The notes under the pieces: generated by a model
Seen by the model: only the letters and a program-made list of their open reading frames with translations
The model's database searches: none
Told to the model about the DNA's origin: nothing
In this document: piece by piece, positions 52,301-64,000 of the stretch
How positions within the stretch are numbered: the first letter of the stretch is position 1
Layout of the letters: each line of letters begins with the position of its first letter
NCBI GenBank assembly: GCA_002269645.1
Contig: NIVC01002183.1
Location: forward strand, 1-64,000
Source: Macrostomum lignano
Lineage: Eukaryota
DNA: 64,000 bases
Direction of reading: 5' to 3'
Translations under genes and position numbers: made by a program

Positions 52301-55300
52301 ACACCTACCTATACTCGTAGAAGAGGGAGGGTGTTGTGGGTTGATGGCTTTGCCATAGACATTTTTGTTACGCGACTGCGTTGATGAATTGAACCATGCT
52401 ATTGAGTTATGAAATAAATAATAGACGCGTCAGAGGTCAGCAGACCTCTAGACTGACAATTGCTAAAGGCTAAAAGCCAAAAGCACAACAGTCAGGGGCG
52501 ACCATTTTGAGGTGTCAGGGGCGACCATCCTGAAGTGTCAGGGGCGAACACCAGGTTTTAATTTTTCTCACCCGTGCATTTCAAGGTCAACTTCGCTGAG
52601 GTCCTCTAACGACGCCTCCCAGTAGCCGTCGCTCTCGCCCTCGCCTTCCCCAGTTGCGGCGGTCAGCACCAGACGAAGAAAGCAGGGCGAAAATGGCGCC
52701 GGCGCCAAATCGAAAGCGATCCCAGCGCTCAGAATGGCGCCAAGTAGGCGGCCATGCAGCCGGTAGTCGCCAGCAAACTCCTCAGCTGCAGACAACGACG
52801 GCGTTGGCAGCAGGCGGTCTCCAGCCGGGCCGCTGAAGGTGTACATGCCGTGCCGGGGGTCCAGCGCTGACGCCAGGGTTCGCGCCGGGCAGCTGCTGTC
52901 CTCCTCTGATAGCGACGAAGCTTTCAGCGCCGCGGCGCGTTGACCGTCGCGAAATTTTCGGGCTCGCTCGACGAAGGGGGTCAGCAAATTGAAGGTCATC
53001 AACGAAGCCAAGTCAGCCCGAGCTCCGGGGGAACGGGCAGCGACAACTGCGGCGACGTGTTTTCGGCAGTGCTCATTGTCGGAGACAAGCTGCAACAGAA
53101 GGCGCTGCAGAAGGCGCCGATTGGTTTCAGGAGAAGGCAGCAAAGTCAATCGGTTGACGGCGTCGACAGAAATCCGGGTCAGGTCGGCTGGGGTCAGGGG
53201 CTCCGGCCGGAACAGCTGGACAAAAGCGGACATCAGTCGGGCTGGTGCCTCATCATCCTCTGTCTGTGCAGCCTCCGCAGATGCGCGCCACAGGCCGAGT
53301 AGGAAGCTGCGTCTGGTTGGGCCGTCGGCTGGAGTCAGCATGCCCAGGGTGAGGTCCGGGCACTGGCGGGTGGCGGGCAGGTATTGCTGACTTTCTCATG
53401 CCTCAGCTCTTATGAGACTGTAGCTTTCTCATGCCTCAGCTCCTATGAGACTGTAGCTTTCTCACGCCTCAGCTCTAATGAGACTGTAGCTTTCTCATGC
53501 CTCAGCTCTTATGAGACTGTAGCTTTCTCATGCCTCAGCTCTTATGAGACTGTAGCTTTCTCATGCCTCTCTTATGAGGCTGTAGCTTACTCATGCCTCA
53601 GCTCTTTTGAGCCTCTAGCTGAGTCTTACTTAAGATCTCATGAAAGATTATAGCTAAGCTTGGGATGGGAGGCCATAGCTGATCCTGAGATCTCATGGGA
53701 GACTGTAGCTGATCCTGAGATCTCATGGGAGACTGTAGCTGATTCTGAGATCTCATGGGAGATTGTAGCTGATTCTGAGATCTCATGGGAGACTGTAGCT
53801 GATCCTGAGATCTCATAGGAGACTGTAGCTGATCCTGAGATCTCATGGGAGATTGTAGCTGATCCTGAGATCTCATAGGAGACTGTAGCTGATCCTGAGA
53901 TCTCATGGGAGACTGTAGCTGATCCTGAGATCTCATGGGAGACTGTAGCTGATTCTGAGATCTCATGGGAGATTGTAGTTGATTCTGAGATCTCATGGGA
54001 GACTGTAGCTGATCCTGAGATCTCATGGGAGACTGTAGCTGATCTTGAGATCTCATGGGAGACTGTAGCTGATTATGAGATCTCATGGGAGACTGTAGCT
54101 GATTATGAGATCTCATGGGAGACTGTAGCTGATTCTGAGATCTCATGGGAGACTGTAGGTGATTCTGAGATCTCATGGGAGACTGTAGCTGATCCTGAGA
54201 TCTCATGATGTAGCTGAGTCACACATGAAATCTCATATGAGGTTGTAGCAGATTCCAAGCAGAATTTTGGTCCCTAATTGACAGCTCACTCTGGTCACTC
54301 ACCAACCAGCAGAGGCTGCCCAGCTGATGAAACGCCTCGACAGTCTCCGTCTCGGCCTCCGTCTTGGCCGCCGCCGCGATGGCGGCCACGGCTCTCGCTG
54401 GCGCCGGCGCCAGCCTCCTCAGGCCGGCCCTGAGGGCGGCGCGCCGGTCTGGCGCCAATTCGGCCGCCTCGCGCCGGCACAGGTGGATGGCGCGCAGCAG
54501 ATTTGGGCCCCAGGCTGTGGCTTCCGGCAGTCGAGGCGGCGGAGGCGGCGGCGGTCGGCCAGTCAGGAGCAGCAGCAGGAGGCGCCGCAACGGCCTCCGC
54601 TGCCGGCTGACCTCGTCTCCGACCCCGTCCGACGTTGTCGCCGCCGCGGCAGTCCGAACGACACCCTCGGCGAGGCGAAGGTGGCAGGCGCGAGTGAGCA
54701 AATACTGCAGCACCGGCTGGCAGGCGTCTTCTAGAACCGCCTCTGCTAGGCCTTCAACAGCGATTGACGCCGCGAACTGGTCGGTGTCGGATTCAGCCGA
54801 TTCGGCCGACAACGACGACGCCCAGACGATGGCATTGCCGACGAACTTCGCCATGGCGAAGGTGTCCAGATCAGGATTGGAGAGGCTGATGGCTCCGCCT
54901 GCTTGGGGCAGCAGCTGGCGGTGAAGCCAGCACAGCTGGGCCTGGCGCGGGTCGAGTCGGGACTTCATGAGTTTCTGGCTTCTTTTAGGGAAACTGCGGA
55001 TTCTTAGAAACTGCTTGTTCTTAGGGAAACTGCAGATTATTAGAAACTGCATGTTTTTATTAGGAAACTGCAGATTCTTAGAAACTGCATGTTTTTATTA
55101 GGAAACTGCAGATTTTTAGAAACTGCTTGTTCTTAGGGAAACTGCAGATTATTAGAAACTGCTTGTTCTTAGGGAAACTGCAGATTCTTAGAAACTGCTT
55201 GTTCTTAGGGAAACCGCAGATTCTTAGAAACTGCTTGTTCTTAGAAATTTAGGAATCTTAGAAACAGAAAAAAACTACGATTTCCTAGGAATTTAGGATT

Positions 55301-56385
55301 TTTAGAAACTTCGAAATATCATAAACATTTTATTCTGGAAAAAAAAGTGCATAAAAGCAGTCTAAACTTTGAACAAGAAAACCGAGTTCTCACCATTCTA
55401 TTCCCATCCACGTGAGGTAAATAGAAGTTGTTGAGGCACTTCACCATGAGGAGCAGGCTTGCGGCGTGACTCAGTCTGGGCTCGCCAGCCTCATCAGTTT
55501 TGTCAACTGAAGCTGGGCTGCCTTGCGACTCATCGTCATCTTCTTCCCCGACTTCGCCTCGTGCGGCTGCGGCCAGCTCGTCTGCCAGCTGGTCGAAGCG
55601 CTGCCGAGTCAGGCAGTGGGTCACCCGGCGGCACTGCGAGCCGCGGTAGAAGGCCTGGATCCGAGTGGCCGCCTGGGCCTGGCCGGGTGAGATAATGAGG
55701 GGTGAGATAATGAGGGGTGAGATAGTGAGGGGTGAGATAGTGAGGGGTGAGATAGTGAGGGGTGAGATAGTGAGGGGTGAGATAGTGAGGGGTGAGATAG
55801 TGAGGGGTGAGATAATGAGGGGTGAGATAGTGAGGGGTGAGATAATGAGGGGTGAGATAGTGAGGGGTGAGATAGTGAGGGGTGAGATAGTGAGGGGTGA
55901 GATAGTGAGGGGTGAGATAGTGAGGGGTGAGATAGTGAGGGGTGAGATAATGAGGGGTGAGATAGTGAGGGGTGAGATAGTGAGGGGTAAGATAGTGAGG
56001 GGTGAGATAGTGAGGGGTGAGATAGTGAGGGGTGAGATAGTGAGGGGTGAGATAGTGAGGGGTGAGATAGTGAGGGGTGAGATAATGAGGGGTGAGATAA
56101 TGAGGGGTGAGATAGTGAGGGGTGAGATAATGAGGGGTGAGATAGTGAGGGGTGAGATAATGAGGGGTGAGATAATGAGGGGTGAGATAATGAGGGGTGA
56201 GATAGTGAGGGGTGAGATAGTGAGGGGTGAGATAGTGAGGGGTGAGATAATGAGGGGTGAGGCACTGAAGGGAATCCAAGATGAATGGCACGGCAACTGT
56301 TTAATGAGGGTTTTGTAAGACAAATTTCAAGTCACCATTCTCTCACCTCCTTGTCTCGTTTGCATCTTGGAGGACTTGAAGCCTC
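49352..56385 (-). CDS. Divergent UBE3B/UBE3C-like IQ-HECT protein, apparently ending after the HECT N-lobe; exons 56385-56347, 55678-55394, 54974-54303, 53386-52572, 49688-49352; 5' exon(s) uncertain
   Basis: N-terminal [11 protein letters not shown]...RQRFD (IQ plus RxxFD as in UBE3C); HECT N-lobe remnants [62 protein letters not shown]. All joins in frame with GT/AG; TGA at 49354-49352. Confidence 0.7.
49770..52550. repeat. 23-bp minisatellite (GTCAGGGGCGACAATTCTGAGGT) split by the retroelement (49770-49942 and 52491-52550)
   Basis: The same unit resumes immediately after the LTR terminal CA. Confidence 0.9.
49955..52490 (+). mobile_element. pol: 5'-truncated Ty3/Gypsy LTR retrotransposon (Mag-like): RT-RNaseH-integrase ORF 49973-52270, PPT, 3' LTR 52332-52490
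   Basis: RT: [27 protein letters not shown]. RNase H: [16 protein letters not shown]. Integrase: HHCC finger, [42 protein letters not shown] precedes TGTTGTG...CACAACA (7-bp inverted LTR termini). Confidence 0.95.
53390..54210. repeat. Two related minisatellites (33 bp and 30 bp) sharing GAGACTGTAGCT, in an IQ-HECT gene intron
   Basis: 53390-53640 and 53670-54210; the latter contains the palindrome TGAGATCTCA. Confidence 0.93.
54985..55260. repeat. About 36-bp minisatellite (GAAACTGCAGATTCTTAGAAACTGCTTGTTCTTAGG)
   Basis: Direct inspection. Confidence 0.9.
55686..56260. repeat. 15-bp minisatellite (GAGATAGTGAGGGGT) abutting a 3' splice site
   Basis: About 38 units; ends about 6 nt from the acceptor at 55679-55680. 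Confidence 0.96.
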
Positions 56386-56619
56386 CTGGAAATGTGACGA
56401 CAGAGTCGGCAGATTTATTTTTTACAGATTTAAACTTCAGATTTTTAAGTTTCAAAATCGCGCGTTCATTTTGACAAAGAACATCTGCCCAAGAACCATA
56501 TGCTACGCTCGTAGTACTTTCTTGGTTTGAGGTTTTTTGTTTGCATTTGGGTACGAGCGTGGTCCACTTATCCTCATGCTCGTACCTTCACTTCTGGAGA
56601 ATTATTTTGCCTCTCTGTC

Positions 56620-56830
56620 CGGTCTGAGGGTCCTTTGAAACTTCATAATAGCAATCCGGCCCGGCCCGCTCAACGTTTGTGTCTCTTCTTAGCTCCCTTC
56701 TCAGCTCTCTTCTCTCTTCTCTTCTCTTCTCTTCTCTCCTCTTCTCTCTTCTCTCTTCCCTCTTTTTACCTCTGATCTCACCTATACTCTTATCTCCTCT
56801 CTTATCTCTCCCCTCTGCTCTTATCTTCCC
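56620..56830. mobile_element. Dispersed repeat fragment, copy of 62390-62550
   Basis: Shared GGTCCTTTGAAACTTCA...GCAATC.GGCCCG...CTCAA.GTTTGTGTCTCTTCT followed by a CT-rich tract. Confidence 0.65.
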
Positions 56831-57594
56831 TCTGATCTCTTCTGTCCACGCAGCTCTCTCTCCTCTATTGCCGACTCTTGGGGCTGGATTTAATCACAAA
56901 TCAAAGACGGGTAATTTAGACTATCTCGAAAACTCTGTAAAAAAAACAACAGGAACTCGAAGCCCTCCTACTTGCTTCCAAAAATCTAACAAATAGTCGG
57001 GTTTCTCACGTCAAACGCTGGCAGTCCTCTGAACTCTCCTTTCACATAGCCGGCGTACATGAATGAGTGATTATAGCCAAACTTCACCGGCTGGCGGTCC
57101 GTTGTTTTGCTTTACACAAATTATAAAATATAGCCGCTCCTGCAGAGAGTTTCTTGAGAATGTTATGGCTGATTGAGCTGTGTCTGCTGAGCGAGGGAGT
57201 TGGGGGGTTAAGGCAAAGCTGCTTGCCTCTCCGCGCACTTGCCTTTCAGACCCCGGCAGTACTTGAAGAGTTTGTGGCAGCAATACTGGCACTGCTCCCA
57301 AACACGCGACCCAACCCGGGTGAGCTCTGGTCTGGCTCTGAATTTTATTTTTGAGTCAATGGTTCTCGGTGAAGAGAGGTACATGTTAAGCATTTTTGTG
57401 TGTACCAATTTCTCCTGTGCTGGTGAAGTCAGCTCTCACTCACTCTAAGGGAAACGGACAATATTCCTTTCCCAGACACTTCTGTGCCTCTCCGCTCTCG
57501 CAAGGAGACAAGGAGGCCAGAGAGCCAGAACCTGGATTAGCAGCTCCTTCCCTAATCCAACACAAACTGCAGATAAGTTTTCGCTCCAGGTTCT

Positions 57595-60078
57595 AATTCC
57601 AGGTCTCCATGACGGAGACTACACTCCCGGTTCTAGTTCCAGGTCTCCATGACGAAGACTACACTCCAGGCTGTGGTTCCAGGTCTCCATGACGGAGACT
57701 ACACTCCCGGTTCTAGTTCCAGGTCTCCATGACGGAGACTACACTCCAGGCTCTGGTTCCAGGTCTCCATGACGGAGACTACACTCCAGGCTCTGGTTCC
57801 AGATCTCCATGACGGAGACTACACTCCCGGTTCTAGTTCTAGGTCTCCATGACGGAGACTACACTCCAGGCTCTGGTTCCAGATCTCCATGACGGAGACT
57901 ACACTCCAGGCTGAGGTTCCAGGTCTCCATGACGGAGACTACACTCCAGGCTCTGGTTCCAGATCTCCATGACAGAGACTACACTCCCGGTTCTAGTTCC
58001 AGATCTCCATGACGGAGACTACACTCCCGGTTCTAGTTCCAGGTCTCCATGACGGAGACTACGCTCCAGGCTCTGGTTCCAGATCTCCATGACGGAGACT
58101 ACACTCCAGGCTGTGGTTCCAGGTCTCCATGACGGAGACTGCACTCCCGGTTCTAGTTCCAGGTCTCCATGACGGAGACTACACTCCAGGCTGTGGTTCC
58201 AGGTCTCCATGACGGAGACTGCACTCCCGGTTCTAGTTCTAGGTCTCCATGAACGGAGACTACACTCCAGGCTGTGGTTCCAGGTCTCCATGACGGAGAC
58301 TACACTCCCGGTTCTAGTTCCAGGTCTCCATGAACGGAGACGACACTCCAGGCTGTGGTTCCAGGTCTCCATGAACGGAGACTACACTCCCGGTTCTAGT
58401 TCTAGGTCTCCATGAACGGAGACGACACTCCAGGCTGTGGTTCCAGGTCTCCATGACGGAGACTACACTCCCGGTTCTAGTTCTAGGTCTCCATGAACGG
58501 AGACTACACTCCAGGCTGTGGTTCCAGGTCTCCATGACGGAGACTACACTCCAGGCTGTGGTTCCAGGTCTCCATGACGGAGACTGCACTCCCGGTTCTA
58601 GTTCCAGATCTCCATGACGAAGACTACACTCCAGGCTCTGGTTCCAGATCTCCATGACGGAGACTACACTCCAGGCTGAGGTTCCAGGTCTCCATGACGG
58701 AGACTACACTCCAGGCTCTGGTTCCAGATCTCCATGACAGAGACTACACTCCCGGTTCTAGTTCCAGATCTCCATGACGGAGACTACACTCCCGGTTCTA
58801 GTTCCAGGTCTCCATGACGGAGACTACGCTCCAGGCTCTGGTTCCAGATCTCCATGACGGAGACTACACTCCAGGCTGTGGTTCCAGGTCTCCATGACGG
58901 AGACTGCACTCCCGGTTCTAGTTCCAGGTCTCCATGAACGGAGACGACACTCCAGGCTGTGGTTCCAGGTCTCCATGAACGGAGACTACACTCCCGGTTC
59001 TAGTTCTAGGTCTCCATGAACGGAGACTACACTCCAGGCTGTGGTTCCAGGTCTCCATGACGGAGACTACACTCCCGGTTCTAGTTCCAGGTCTCCATGA
59101 ACGGAGACGACACTCCAGGCTGTGGTTCCAGGTCTCCATGACGGAGACTACACTCCAGGCTCTGGTTCCAGATCTCCATGACGGAGACTACACTCCCGGT
59201 TCTAGTTCTAGGTCTCCATGACGGAGACTACACTCCAGGCTCTGGTTCCAGATCTCCATGACGGAGACTACACTCCAGGCTGAGGTTCCAGGTCTCCATG
59301 ACGGAGACTACACTCCCGGTTCTAGTTCTAGGTCTCCATGACGGAGACTGCACTCCCGGTTCTAGTTCCAGATCTCCATGACGGAGACTACACTCCCGGT
59401 TCTAGTTCCAGGTCTCCATGAACGGAGACTACACTCCCGGTTCTAGTTCTAGGTCTCCATGAACGGAGACTGCACTCCCGGTTCTAGTTCCAGGTCTCCA
59501 TGACGGAGACTACACTCCAGGCTGTGGTTCCAGGTCTCCATGAACGGAGACTACACTCCCGGTTCTAGTTCTAGGTCTCCATGAACGGAGACTGCACTCC
59601 CGGTTCTAGTTCCAGGTCTCCATGACGGAGACTACACTCCAGGCTGTGGTTCCAGGTCTCCATGACGGAGACTGCACTCCCGGTTCTAGTTCCAGGTCTC
59701 CATGAACGGAGACGACACTCCAGGCTGTGGTTCCAGATCTCCATGACGGAGACTGCACTCCCGGTTCTAGTTCTAGGTCTCCATGAACGGAGACTGCACT
59801 CCCGGTTCTAGTTCCAGGTCTCCATGACGGAGACTACACTCCAGGCTGTGGTTCCAGGTCTCCATGAACGGAGACTACACTCCCGGTTCTAGTTCTAGGT
59901 CTCCATGAACGGAGACTGCACTCCCGGTTCTAGTTCTAGGTCTCCATGACGGAGACTACACTCCAGGCTGTGGTTCCAGGTCTCCATGACGGAGACTGCA
60001 CTCCCGGTTCTAGTTCCAGGTCTCCATGAACGGAGACGACACTCCAGGCTGTGGTTCCAGATCTCCATGACGGAGACG
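57595..60078. repeat. 41-42-bp minisatellite with internal hairpin (GTCTCC-ATGAC-GGAGAC)
   Basis: About 60 units of two alternating variants, between the divergent IQ-HECT and anoctamin genes. Confidence 0.96.
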
Positions 60079-60364
60079 TACCATTGTGCACCGGGATTGG
60101 GTTGCAGGACTCCAAAAAAGGGAGGAGCAACTGCTCAAACATGCAGGCACAGGAACCTTTCTTTTCTAAGGCTGATCTGCAGAACGTGGCTTGCTTTACC
60201 TCTGGTTTGTAGCAAAAATGGCAAAAAATATCAAAATTAAAAGTTCCATGCCTTGCTGGAAAAGAAAAAAAATGTTGAACACTGGTGCTGCGGAGTAAAT
60301 AATTAAATCCAATTGGCAATAGTTAGCTATTATTAAGCATCCCACAAAGGTTCAAAATATGCAC

Positions 60365-60790
60365 TGTTCTATCCCTGTTCTGTTTACTGTTACAACCCCG
60401 TTCTATCCCTGATCTATCTCTGTTCTATCCCTGTTCTATTCCTGTTCTATCCTTGTGCTATTCCTGTTCTATCCCTGTTCTATCCCTGTTCTATTCCTGT
60501 TCTATTCCTGTTCTATTCCTGTTCTATCCCTGTTCTATCCCTGTTCTATCCCTTTCTATCCCAGTTCTATCCACTGTTCTATTCACTGTTCTATCCTTGT
60601 TCTATTCCTGTTCTATCCCTGTTCTATCCCTGTTCTATCCCTGTTCTATCCCTGTTCTATCCCTGTTGTATCCCTGTTCTATTCACTGTTCTATCCTTGT
60701 TCTATCCCTGTTCTATCCCTGTTCTATCCACTGTTCTATCCACTGTACTATACTTTTTCTATTCCTATTCTATCCCTGTTCTATCTCTGT
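60365..60790. repeat. 11-bp repeat (CTGTTCTATCC)
   Basis: Direct inspection. Confidence 0.92.
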
Positions 60791-61169
60791 TCTGCCTCAG
60801 TGTCTCCCTACTATATCTCACTGTTCTATCCGACTATCTCACCGTTCAATCAGACTGAATTCAATCGGATCAAACTAAAATCACAGCTCAGCTCAGTGAG
60901 GCAAGGAATTAGCTGTTGCAATTACCCTAACCAACGTTTAGTCTACACGAGCTCTTATTAGCCGTGCAGTCGCCAGAAGGAGGACAACAGCTGGTCGTGG
61001 GATCAGGTTTAACGGCCGGATTATCTTTCCGGCAGTTCAGCAGCATTGAAAGAAAGATTTTCCTATTAAACAGACAAAAGCGAATAGAAAACTACTTTAA
61101 AAGCGTTGGGTAAACGCGAGACGACACGCCGTTTTCTGGTTTTGCTGCTCTGGTATCCAGACATTCAGG

Positions 61170-63763
<2,594 letters not shown>

Positions 63764-63781
63764 GTGAGTCATTCAATCAGT

Positions 63782-63782
<1 letters not shown>

Positions 63783-63863
<81 letters not shown>

Positions 63864-64000
63864 GTCTATCTATCTATCTATCTGTCTATCTATCTATCTA
63901 TCTATCTTTCTATCTATCTATCTATCGATCTATCTATCTATCTATCTATCTATCTGTCTATCTATCTATCTATCTATCTTTCTATCTATCTATCTATCTA
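63783..64000. repeat. (CTAT)n microsatellite
   Basis: Direct inspection. Confidence 0.98.

Noticed and set aside
57595-60078. CRISPR-like appearance (hairpin-containing units of about 40 bp; also 8540-9250)
   Set aside because: No unique spacers, no cas genes, eukaryotic context.

Overview
Eukaryotic (metazoan) genomic DNA with GC-rich spliced exons and introns packed with tandem repeats. The architecture resembles the flatworm Macrostomum lignano; this is an inference and no search was run. Genes assembled by hand from splice sites: 3' end of a RIMS-binding protein (+), a 2-exon KCNMB/BK-beta-like gene (-), a complete 13-exon CYFIP/Sra-1 (+), tRNA-Val(AAC), an Sp5/buttonhead-like zinc finger gene (-), an Ig + degenerate LDLa single-pass receptor (-), a divergent UBE3B/C-like IQ-HECT gene that appears to lack its C-lobe (-), and the 5' part of an anoctamin (+). 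Mobile DNA: a 5'-truncated Ty3/Gypsy pol with its 3' LTR, tRNA-derived SINEs, a hAT MITE, foldback MITEs and more than 30 micro/minisatellite arrays. Most long ORFs in the supplied track are repeat artefacts. Main leads: all 12 CYFIP introns are phase 0 and 11 carry their own tandem repeat; several arrays are built from or abut splice signals; CYFIP ends in an Arp2/3-type acidic-Trp motif; the Ig receptor may get its start codon from a trans-spliced leader; a SINE hairpin shows compensatory changes; and a CpG-free zone lies at the CYFIP 5' end.
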